From Centroscyllium fabricii (Eukaryota): DNA of 64,000 nt. Numbering within the stretch: position 1 is the first letter of the stretch; each line of letters starts with the position of its first letter. Below the pieces are notes generated by a model. The model was given only the letters and a program-made list of their open reading frames with translations, was not told where the DNA came from and ran no database searches. The stretch is from positions 27,342,001-27,406,000 of the forward strand of contig JBNRSN020000030.1 in assembly GCA_051313645.2 (NCBI GenBank). Direction: 5' to 3'. Both the position numbers and the translations under genes were made by a program. Shown in pieces: positions 11,110-21,689 of this stretch.

Positions 11110-13900
11110 TCAGACTGGAGGGAAGTATACAGAGGTGTTCCCTGGAGCCGGTATTAGGACCGCTGCTACATTCGATATTTATTAATGACCTGGACTTGTG
11201 TATACTCGGCATAATTTCAAAGTTTGCAAATGGCAGGAAACTCAGAAATATATTAAATAATGACACGGAAAGTACCAGAATTCTTGAGGACAGCTACAGA
11301 GTAGGGAAATGGGCAGAGGAATAGCCGATGTAATTTAACACAGAGCAATGTGAAGTGATCCACATTTCGGGGGAAAATGAACTGAGGCAATATAAACGAA
11401 ATGATACAATTTTAAATCATGTGGAGGAACATTGAGGCCTAGATTTACCAAAGATTTCTCTGTTTTTGACGGCGGCGGGACAAGTTGAGAAGGCTTTTAA
11501 AAAGCACACAGGACACTTGGATTTATTAACAGCCCAATAGATTACAACAGCAAGGCAGTAATGCTAATCCGTTAGACATCACTGCTGAGGCCTCAGCTGG
11601 TGGATTCTGGGTGCAACATTTTAGGAAGGATGTAATGGCAGTAAAGATTTACAAGCAGGTTTCGAGGATGAGGGAGTTCAGTCACTTGGGTAGACTGCAG
11701 AAGTTGTCGTTGTTCTCCTTAGAACAGAGAAGATTCCGAGGAGATCTGATTGAGTTGGTCAAATTCATGAGGTGTCTACGCAGGGCATTGTCCTAGTCCC
11801 GACGATCTTTAGCTGAGTCAGCAATGACCTTGCTTCCACAATAATTTCAGAAATGGTGCTGTTCGCTTTAGACAGCACAGAAGGGAATGGAACTGCTGTT
11901 GACGAATTTGATTTTAGTGAGGCGTTTGACAAATTACCATGTAGACGGCTGGTTATCAAATTGAGGCTAGTGGAATAGCTGGGTCTGTGGCAGCTTGAAT
12001 ATGGAATTGACTTAAGGATTGACAACAGCGAGTTGTGGTAAATGGCTGTTTTTCACACGAGATGATAGTAGACAGTGGTGATATCCCCGTGTCAGTGCTG
12101 GTGCCATGACTGTTGTGATATTTTTAAATGGCGTGGATAATGGAATACATTGTATAGTTTCTGAATATGCCGACAGCAAAAAACGTGGTGGTGTAACGGA
12201 CAGTGAGGATAATACCAATCGACTGTAGCAGGACATCGAAAGAAGAGTGGAGTGGCACACAACTGGCAGATGGAATTTATTGCGGAGTAGTGTGAGGTGA
12301 TACATTTTGGCATAAGAGGCAGTGAGAAGCAATGTGCACATAATGGCACAGTTTTAAAGAGTGTGCGGGTCTAGATGAGCCGTGGAGATTGTGCATAGGT
12401 CCTTGAAGGTTGCAGTACATATGGAGGGAGTGGTTAACAAAACGTATGCTTTCCTGTGCTTCATATAGAGAGGTATTGAGCACAAAAATAGTGAAGTTAT
12501 TCTGCACATTTTTTTAAAACTGGTCTGGCCGCCACAGGATTTCTGCATCCAGATGTGGCCACCACACTTTAGGAAGGATGTGAAGGCGCTTAGAGGTTAC
12601 TGTACTGGTCTCAACTAGATGTAGTTGCTATCCAGCTTCACCAGCCAGATAAACACTTATTCAAATAAATCCTCGGGAGACAGGTCGTGTCTGCTTTGAA
12701 GATGTACTTGAGTAAAATTGTACAACTGTAACAATACAACATATCTTCTTTCCATAAAGGTTAATACTATACACACGATGCAAAAAATATGTCTATGAAA
12801 ACAGCATAGCCAGCTTAATAAAGATAAATGAGTAATTATAGAAATTAGCAGCATTGAGGCCGATCCTTTAAACCTGGCAGCTAGTAAGCATCTTAATTAC
12901 AAAGTATCAACAAAATATAGTGGACGCTGTAGGTTGTATACTATTAAACAAGGATACTCACATACATTGCGTGTTGCCTAACACAAGAAACGAGATGGCA
13001 TTAGATTACAGAAGTCTGTCGACCATGCTGGCTCCGGCTGACAACACAGCAAACTACCTCCAGAACGACTTCCTGTTGCTGACAGGTCGAAGGTCAAAGG
13101 ACACATTGCTTTAGAAGACTGACATTGGGAGTACTACCAACATTTACAACTCGAGGGCGCTGTCGGCATGTTACAGGTCCGGTAAAGGTACAGTGGAGAT
13201 TTACCAGAATGATCGCTGTCATCGGGGATCTTAGCTACAAGGACAGGCTGGAGAAGCTGCATTTGTTTTCATTGCAACACCAACTTGTATTTACATAGCG
13301 ACTTTGACAAAACGAAACGACCCAAGGTGCGGTACATGAGTATTTTAAGACCAAGGAGCTTATGGGGTGATTCGATAGAGGTGTACTAAATTATGATAAG
13401 TTCAGACAGGCTAGATGGGGAAAAGCAGGTCCGACGAGTTAATATTAAAATAACATGGGGAAACAGATTTATAGTATTGGGTAAGAGGTACAGGGGGGCG
13501 TTAGGAAACAAAACTACGCAACGAGTGGCGAGGACCTGGAATTCACTGCCCACTGAAGTGGGGGAAACGAAGACACTCATTGTTTTCAAGTGGATAATGG
13601 AGAGGCACTGGAGGGAAACAACATTCCCGGGCTAGGAGGATAGAGCGGGGGATGGGACTGGCTGGATTGCTCTACAAAACTCCAGCACCGACTCGATGCC
13701 GGTATGGCTCTTTGACTATGAACTATAGAGTAGGGATAATGGGAGCATTCAACTATCCTAATATAGATGAGAATAAGACTAAATATAGAAAGTCCAGAGG
13801 AGAAGGGAAAAGCATAATTAGAAGGTCAAAGAGAGAGTTTGACAATAGAATTGCAGGTAACGTAAAATGCAATGCAAAAGTCTTCTATACGCATATATTA
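11110..13900 (+). mobile_element. Array of degenerate CR1 fragments containing the solo LTR
   Basis: LGPLLHSIFINDLD, LFSLEQRRFRGDLIE and RVARTWNSLP motifs plus CR1 3'UTR-like sequence. Confidence 0.8.
12601..13186 (-). mobile_element. Putative solo LTR (~586 bp) with 5-bp TSD
   Basis: Ends TGTACTGG...CCGGTAAA (decayed TG...CA inverted termini), flanked by GTTAC/GGTAC; the empty site in other units is GAGGGTACAGTGGAGAT. Orientation is inferred from an AGTAAA poly(A)-like signal in the 6.8-kb copy. Confidence 0.7.
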
Positions 13901-14173
13901 CCACGTTTAACGGCACCAAGTAAGTGGCACAGTAAGTCGTGTGGATGGGAGCAGAAAATTGCAAAGGGACATAGATTGAGTGGGCAAAATCAGAGGCATC
14001 TGATTCAGAAGATTCGGGAGATTTCGAGACTTTAATGAAATTGAAAGGAAGATTTTTGACTTGTGCAGTTTGGGTCAGAGAGATGTTAGTGATGGCAAAT
14101 TAATCCAGAATCTGCGATTCAGAATTTCATTTTCTCCCTTAACAGATGTTTTTGCAGGCAGCGTAAACCAATG

Positions 14174-14236
14174 GGTTCCGTAGTGTAGCGGTTATCAGGA
14201 CGCGAAAGATCCCCGGTTAGATCCCGGGCGGAAACA
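14174..14236 (+). pseudogene. tRNA-Val pseudogene with anticodon-arm deletion
   Basis: GGTTCCGTAGTGTAGCGGTTATCAGGACGCGAAAG...CCGGGCGGAAACA; ~10 nt including the anticodon are missing and the B box is mutated. Confidence 0.85.
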
Positions 14237-15254
14237 TTATGTTCGAGAGCATTATTTGTGTTAAATAAATTCATAAGCAGTTTCTAAGATCAGAGAGGTG
14301 ATAAAACTTCATCAATTATTCAGTTTTTGCAAATTTTTAAAGTTACGTTATTGAAGTTTGGATAATCCCTCAGTGTGAGCTTTTCTTTCATTCTGCAAAA
14401 ACGCTGTCGGTTAATGAATTGCGATTAAAACAATTAAGCCACTAAACTACCAGACAAGATATTAAAGAGTTGATCACAATTCCTTCCATTTCTTATCTTT
14501 CGTCTTATCTATTTCAGCGCTTGGGCCTATTCAGCTGCTGACTGCGGAAATTCCTGTGAATACACGTGAAAAAATGCAACATCTCGCAGCCGCGGCTTTG
14601 GTTAATACCAGCAGATCTGGGCCGCATTTCAGACGCGGAGACAAACCCGTTAAATACTCGCTCTTACACAAGACCAGAGCTCAGAGTGTAATTGTCCATC
14701 ACTGGGCTGCAAGATACCACGGACCCGGGTCAAATCACTCCATAAACCGAGCACAGGGTCGGGAAATCCCCGGGGGAGATACTATCCCGGTCACTGAGCC
14801 TTCGAGCAGCAGTGAACAAGCACCCGGTCTGAAACATTTCAAATGAGGAACTGAGAACTTGCAAATAAGTTTACTAGCAGTCAGGGTGGCCGAGCCTTTT
14901 AAGCCGCTGCGTTTAAATCACAATCGCTTCTGGAAGCTTGGGTGCCAATCCCAATTATGACCATCTCTATATTTAATTACAAGGTGCAGTTCATTTGTTT
15001 TGACAGCCATTGTGAAGATCTTTGGGACATCCCTCTAAAGTGGTTTTCAGCGGTTCACCTGCTCGCTGGACATTTCCATCAGATCTGGTAGTGAAATTCT
15101 CGAGTTTTCCGCAGCTGTGCGAATTGCTCAGTTGGACACTTCGCAGAGAGGCAACTGGGGAAGCTGAAGTTACCAATGAGACCAGGCCGAGTCAAGATAA
15201 ATGAAGCAGACGTCAATGTTGTTGATTTTGGGAAAGGAGCTAATTTTTCGCGTC

Positions 15255-15326
15255 GGTTCCATGGTGTAATGGTGAGCACTCTAGACTCTGAATCCAGCGA
15301 TCTGAGTTCAAATCTCGGTGGAACCT
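15255..15326 (+). tRNA. tRNA-Gln(CTG), one anticodon-stem mismatch
   Basis: GGTTCCATGGTGTAATGGTGAGCACTCTAGACTCTGAATCCAGCGATCTGAGTTCAAATCTCGGTGGAACCT followed by T4. Confidence 0.88.
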
Positions 15327-15589
15327 AATTTTAGTCAATTTGTTTCCCGGTAAATCCAGACGCGTTTTAATATTTGTGCACAGCTCGATTTTAGATGATG
15401 ACTTTCCAAATTTCTCCAGTCACCTAAGTTGTTGCTGCAATTCATGGTCCTGTAGTTCATAATCTGGCTCTTTGCTCAAATACATGTGTGATTTTGCCGG
15501 AGATAGTTCCTTCTGCAGTTGAAAGGTTGCATATTTTCCTGCGTCACACCATGCGTCCCAATGAACTGGAGTCAGATAAATTGCAAAAA

Positions 15590-15755
15590 CAAACCGCTGC
15601 AAATGTTAGGAACTGGAAATAAAAAAGAAACTGTTGGCTATTCTCGGCAGTTCAGGCAGCATCTGCGGAGAGAGAAACCGGATTAAAGCTTCAGGTCTGT
15701 TACATTTCTGTTTCTCTCTCCACAAATATTGCCGAACTTGTTGAGTATTTGCAAG
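15590..15755. repeat. Short hairpin-forming repeat between the two Gln genes (copies near 25.9, 36.2, 46.6, 58.0 kb)
   Basis: GGCAGCATCTGCGGAGAGAGAAAC is followed by its imperfect inverse GTTTCTCTCTCCACAAAT..TGCC; resembles a common elasmobranch non-autonomous repeat. Confidence 0.65.
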
Positions 15756-15832
15756 AATATCACAAAATGTTCAAGTGGCTGACATTTGTGGGAGACTGGA
15801 CAAATCATAGTGCGCTCACTCCATTGCAAGTG

Positions 15833-15904
15833 GGTTCTATGGTGTAATGGTGAGCACTCCGGATTTTGAATCGAGCGATTCGAATTCAAATTTCGGTGAA
15901 ACCA
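15833..15904 (+). pseudogene. tRNA-Gln(TTG) pseudogene
   Basis: GGTTCTATGGTGTAATGGTGAGCAC...; multiple stem mismatches. Confidence 0.85.
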
Positions 15905-16139
15905 GCAATCTTGTGCTTTCAGTTGCTGGAAATTTGATACGCTCAAGATAAAGGCACCTAGATGCCAACCACGGTTATTGGACCGTAAGTTGCCGAAATC
16001 AATTGCTTACTTTTCTTGAAAACACGTCACAGGCTCAACCTCCCATTCCCAGTTCCATATGAGCGGTGGAGAAAGATACGTGTTGTCCAGCGCTTCGTGT
16101 GACTGTACAGCAGATTGCTCATCGTTTTATTTGCAAGCC

Positions 16140-16690
16140 TGACGTATCGTCAATTATGGCACAAAGACAAATAGATACCTCAACTAAAGGCTTTTGTTAA
16201 CTATTGAATGGAGTGTGTCTCAGCTGAGCTCGGGTCTGTACTGACTGGGGATGGTAGGCAATTACCTATACACCTCGACTCAGGGGAGGTGTCAGAGGTG
16301 GGTCAGCTGAGGCAGGCTCCTGCATACCGATATCTACATATGTAACAGTGGTGCATTATGGTACCGTTACAGTGGTACAATACAGTGGTGGAATACAGGT
16401 TTACCATATTCACCCCTTCTTTATAAATGAGTCCGGCGGGATGAACATGCGCTATTTAGCATTCTGTGATCAGTCTCTCGGGTGGCTGTGTCTGCCTGAG
16501 GGACCGACGGGGTGCCGGTGATGGTGGTCCTGCTCGCGGGGTCGGGGTCGTTTCGTCAGCCAGTGGTGGCAGCGGTGCGATATCCGAACTCTGGTTGTCG
16601 GCCGTTGATGTCGAGGGCCACGTCTGTGTGTGTATGGGGGCCAGTGTTCGGTGGGTGGTGGCTGGTGGAGCTGAGGCCCAACTGGGGGTT
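16140..16690 (-). mobile_element. 3' remnant of a second Gypsy-like element: integrase tail, PPT and 3' LTR (16140-16408); copies start at 26433, 36784, 47115, 58516
   Basis: Minus-strand ORF ends PRRSLRQTRPPERLIT, then PPT AAAGAAGGGGTGAA. The LTR starts T(A/G)TGGTAAACC, carries AATAAAAGCC in the 26.5 and 36.8 kb copies, and ends ...GATACGTCA. Confidence 0.72.
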
Positions 16691-17900
16691 CGTTGTTCAC
16701 CTTAGAACAAAGAAGATTGCGAGGAGATCTGATGGAATTCTTCAAATTCATAAATGCTCTATGCAGGGCCGTGTTCTCCTCCCAACGACCTTCAGCTGGT
16801 TCAGCAATGACCTTGCTTCCAAAATAATGACAAAACTGGTGATGTCCGCTTAAGATTGCACAGAAGGGAATCCAACGGATGTTGTCGACAAGAATTTTAA
16901 TAAGGCGTTTGACAAATTACCACAATTTACCACATAGAAGTCTGGCAAACAAAACTGAGACTCATGGAATAGGTGGGTCAGTGACAGCTTGAATATGGAA
17001 TTGGCGTAATAATGGAAAACAGCGAGTTGTGGTAAATGGCGGTTTATCACACTCGATGATGGTAGACAGTGTTGTTCCCAAATTGTCAGCGCTGGTGTCT
17101 TGACTTTTGTGATATTTAAAAGTGGCCTGGATATTGGAATACAGAGTAGAATTTGTACATATGTCGACAGCACCAAACCTGGGGGGGTGTCACACAGTGA
17201 GGATAATACCAATGGGTTGCAGCATGTCGTAGAAAGGCTCGCGGAATGGCAGACAATGTGCAGATGGAATTTACTGCAGAGTAGTGTGAGATGATGCATT
17301 TTGTCAGAGGAAACAGTGAGAGGCAATATACACATAATGGCATAGTTTTAAAGAGTGTGCAGGGACAGATGTACCTGGGGATTTTCGTGCATAGGTCATT
17401 GAAGGTGGCAGGACATTTGGAGAGAGCGGTTAACAAAACCTAAGGGATATTGGTCTTCATAAATAGCGGTATTGTGTACAAAAGTAGAGAAGTTATTCTG
17501 AACATTTATAAGCACAGGTCAGGCCGCAACTAGATTACTGCATCCAGATCTGATCCCCACACTTTTGTGAAGATGTGCAGACCCTCAGAGAGTACAGTGG
17601 AGATTTACCAGAATAATCGCTATGATGGGGGAGCTTAGCTTCAAGGACAGGCTGGAGTATCTGCATGTGTTTTCATTGCCACATCAACTTTTATTTATAT
17701 AGCGCCTTTAATAAAATAAACGTCCCAAGGTGCGGTACAGGAGCATTTTAAGACAATGGAGCTTATTTAATAGAGGTTTGCTACATTCTGATGAGTTTGG
17801 ATAGGCTAGCCGGGGAAATGCAGATCCCAGTAGTTGATATTAAAAGTACATGGGGCACAGATTTAAGGTATTGGGCAAGAGGTACAGGGGGGACGTTAGG
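16690..17900 (+). mobile_element. Degenerate CR1 fragments (repeated in each unit near 27.0, 37.35, 48.7, 60.1 kb)
   Basis: KAFDK, YVDSTKPGG and WQMEFTTEKCEMMHF motifs; homologous to the other CR1 pieces. Confidence 0.8.
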
Positions 17901-18311
17901 AAACTTTTTTTACTTTTCCATCAGCCCTGTGTTGAAAGTGGAGACTTTTCCCAAGTCTAGCAGCTATCACGTTGGCGCGATGATTTTGTTGGAAATTGCA
18001 TGTCGTGTGGCGAATTTCTCCAATGCTAAAATGTTTTTCATTTTGCAAAAGTAAGTTATTGGTTCACTGTTGGTTATTAAATACATTCTCATTTTATCAC
18101 GTCAGATGCTTGCTGTTAATTGATACAATTACCGCACATTAATTGAATTAAAACGGTGAGACCTAATAAATTCCATAACAGGGAAGCGGATCCGGGCGTC
18201 AGTTCTGATATGAATGGGTTGCGAATCGTTTAAAGTTGCCCTCTAAATATATCACACTGGTAAATTAAAATCAGGGGTACAATTTGTGTCGGTGTAAAAG
18301 AAAATGAAAAT

Positions 18312-18402
18312 AAAAACGCCAGACAGCGCCCGCGTTGCGACAGAGCTCGAACTTACAATGAAGTTGATGCTGTGAAGTAACCGCTGAGCTAAAGCTGACG
18401 TC
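18312..18402 (-). ncRNA. VTRNA: Vault RNA gene, unit 1 copy a
   Basis: Vault 5' motif intact, 3' CGCGGGCGCTGTCTGGCG and T5. Confidence 0.88.
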
Positions 18403-18936
18403 GATCAGCGAGCGAGAAACCGTTCAATCTAAAGGATGAGCTCACAAATATCAGGGCCAGTGCAGTCTGGTCAGACTCAAGACCCTCCTTTCTTACTCAA
18501 CAGAGGAACAAGAGACATGAGCGGGATTCAGACGACACAAACTTTAATTAAAGGCACAAATACGAGTAACACTTACTTCCAAATCTTTTCACTGTAAAAT
18601 AATTTCACCCGAATTTAAAGCTGATTGCGTTGAATGTGAAATTCAGCACAATGGGATTTTATGTTCACAACCGATTCTATTTTCTGTACCAATAGAAATA
18701 GCTGTTCCTGTTAAATTTGACCAAAGTTGCCCAGATTCCAGGTATCATCAGCAATGGACATGTTTAAACGAGACTCCTAAAGTACAGTTTGTAAAATGAG
18801 ATATGAGCAACAGTACAAATTACTGAAATGTCGAATCTCCCTCAGTTAGCATTTCTTTCGTTCTGCAAAAGAAGATTATTGGTTAATTAATTATGCTTTC
18901 CCGTGAAAGCAACATTAAAGTTTAAAAAAATGCTTT

Positions 18937-19009
18937 CGCCCAATATGGGGCTGGAAACAACGAACATGACATTAAGAGTCTCACACTCTGCCGACTGAGC
19001 TCGCCGGGT
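18937..19009 (-). pseudogene. tRNA-Lys(CTT) pseudogene, copy a
   Basis: CGCCCAATATGGGGCTGGAA...ATTAAGAGTCTCA...CCGACTGAGCTCGCCGGG; B box broken. Confidence 0.8.
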
Positions 19010-19258
19010 CTGACCACTTTGAACGGGTTTGTCGCTGTTTGCAGCCAGGCGTCTGCTAACTCAGTTCCAGATGTTTAACTTGTTCCGCAAACCAGGAAAC
19101 AGGTGATATCAAATCAATTCCAAAACAGGGAATCAACCCGGGAGTCATTTCTGATTTGAATGGGTTTCGAAATGTTTAAGGCTGTATTCTAAGAATATCA
19201 CACTGCTGAATTAAAATCACGGGTACAATATTGTTTCGGTCTAAAAGAAAATGAAAAT

Positions 19259-19349
19259 AAAAATGCCAGACAGCGCCCACGGTGTGACAGCGTCCGAACA
19301 TACGATGAAGTTGATGCTGTGAAGTAACCGCTGAGCTAAAGCTGACGTC
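19259..19349 (-). ncRNA. VTRNA: Vault RNA gene, unit 1 copy b (B box mutated)
   Basis: 5' motif intact; GTTCGGAC B box; several CpG-type changes in the 3' motif; T5. Confidence 0.82.
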
Positions 19350-19878
19350 GATCAGCGAGGGAGAAACCGCTCAATATAAAGGATGAGCTCACAAATATCA
19401 GGGCCAGTGCAGTCTGGTCAAACTCAGGAACCTCCTTTATTACTCAACAGAGGAAGAAGTGACTTGAACGGGGGTCAGACGCCACAAACTTTAATTAATG
19501 GCACAAAGAGTAACACATACAGCCAAATGTTTTCACTGTAAAATCATCTCACTCTATTTCAAAGCACATTGCGTTGAATCTGAAGTTCAGCACAGTGGGA
19601 TTTTATGTTCACTTCCGATTATATTTTCTGTAAAAGTAGAAATAACAGGTCCAGTTAAATTTGACCAAAGATGCCCAGATTCCTGGTGTTATCAGCAATG
19701 CACATTGTTAAACCAGACTCCTGAGTTACAGTGTGTAAAATGAGATAAGATAAGAGGACAAGTTATTGAACTCTCGTTCCTCACTGAGTTTGTATTTATT
19801 TCATTGTGCAATAGAATAATATTTTTAATTAATGATGCTTTCCCGTGAAAGTTACATAAAATGTTAACAAAATGCTTT

Positions 19879-19951
19879 CGGCCAACGTGGGGCTCGAACC
19901 AACGAAACAGAAATTAAGTATCACACACTCTGCCGCCTGAACCCACCGGGT
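19879..19951 (-). pseudogene. tRNA-Lys-derived pseudogene, copy b
   Basis: CGGCCAACGTGGGGCTCGAACC matches the Lys-CTT 3' half; the 5' half is degraded. Confidence 0.75.
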
Positions 19952-20158
19952 CTGACTAATTTGAACTTCTTCGTCGCTGTTTTTAGCCAGGCACCTGGCG
20001 GCTCGGCGCGAAGTGTTTAACCTGCTCTGCAAACCACGACCCAGATTCTCCTGAATTACACGGTTTGCAAGGAAATCAAGTATCAAAAGCCCCTTCATTA
20101 ATCGCAGGGCTTCAGGCAATGCCCTCATCGCAAAGCGCTTTCAGACAGCAAACTACGG

Positions 20159-20420
20159 CAGTCCAAAGATGTGCGGGTTAAGTTGATTGGCCAGGATAAA
20201 TTGACCCTTAGTGTTAGAGGGATTGAATATGTGGGGTTACGGGGATTGGGTGGAATATGTGTCGGTGCAGGCTCGATAGGGATCGAGTGATATGGGGACA
20301 AGGCAGGTACAGGGTACTGGGTTTGGATGATCAGCCATGATCTCATTGAATGGCGGATCAGGCTCGAATGGCCGATTGGCCTACTCCTGCTCCTATCTTC
20401 TATGTTTCTATGTTTCTATC
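20159..20420 (+). mobile_element. 5'-truncated HE1 SINE with (TTTCTATG)n tail (copies at ~30469, 40823, 52182, 63573)
   Basis: CAGTCCAAAGATGTGCGGGTT...GATCAGCCATGATCTCATTGAATGGCGG...CTATGTTTCTATG; absent at the homologous site ~9858. Confidence 0.85.
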
Positions 20421-20915
20421 TATCCAGCAATCTGAGAGGCAGAGTTCTCATCTTCAGTTTCTTCAGGTAATCCACTCCCCACGTAATTACCTTCATTATT
20501 AGGGGCTATGGGTAGAACCAAGTCTTGAGAGAGGACAGGTGGTCTGGTAATATCAGCAATCTTTATAAACCCCATATGTCCTGCTCTGTGTCGATAGTTT
20601 TTTGGGACAGGCTCCAGTTCGTCATCAATAATGAGAGGTTCTGGACTCGGAAACTTCTGCTTGTCAATAACTCTTGCCTATTTCACGGTGTTTCCCGATT
20701 CTGTCTGTCACTCTGGGTCTGTTTATTCTATGTGTGTCCACCTGCAGGTTGATTTTGAGCGAACACCTGTATTTGTGAATAGCAAAATTAAATACGAGTG
20801 CATGAGGCGCTTCTCTCCCTGACATTGGGGAACAGTGAGAACCACTTTAGAGAAAGAATCTGTTTGTTGTGAACAGCAAAGAAAATTCTAACTCCGTGAT
20901 TATCGAGTATAATAA

Positions 20916-20987
20916 TGATACCGACGTGATTTGAACATGAAGCCTTCTGATCTGGAGCCAGACCCGCTACCGTTGCGCCACGATGCC
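20916..20987 (-). pseudogene. tRNA-Trp(CCA) degenerate copy
   Basis: Trp body with mismatches in the D, T and acceptor stems. Confidence 0.85.
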
Positions 20988-21689
20988 CACAGCATCACTA
21001 TGCATGTTTTTTATTTGCACGTTCCTCAAACACAGTTTCCATCCTCCTGCCTTGGAGTAATTAAAACCTTTAAAATCTCCACCCACTGACACCGGGTGTC
21101 AGACAGCATCAGAATCAGCGCTCACCTGTCACTCATCGTCTCCCGCCCACTTTCACCTCCTGCTGCCGGCGGACTGCAGCAAATCCAATTACCCGCACCG
21201 AGCCCGCACAATCATCGCATCACAGGGAAATACACTGGGAAACTGCTCAAAATACACAACAGGTCGAGCAGCTTCTGAAAAACTATTAAACTTGCGGCGG
21301 GAAACAATATTCAGAACTGGCAGAAGGCGGTGTAAAAATATAAAGTGTGGGTGTGTGAGCCCGAGGCCCGAAGCTCTGGAGTTCCCTCCCTGAACCTCTC
21401 CGCATCTCTTTCCTCCTTTAAGACGCTCCTTAAAATCTACAACTTAGACCCAGCTTTCGCTCACCTGTCCTAATATCTCCTTATGTGGCTCGGTGTCAAA
21501 TTCTGTCTGAGAATGGAGCCAGTGAAACGGATTTGGACGTGTTAATACTTTAAAGGCGCTATATAAATACAAGGTGTTTTTGTTGTTGTATATATGGGTG
21601 CAGCGTTTATATATAAATGGATGTTTATAGATTGAGCACGATGATGTGCTTGTGTGTTAATGTAAATATTGGTGAACGGTTACATTTCA

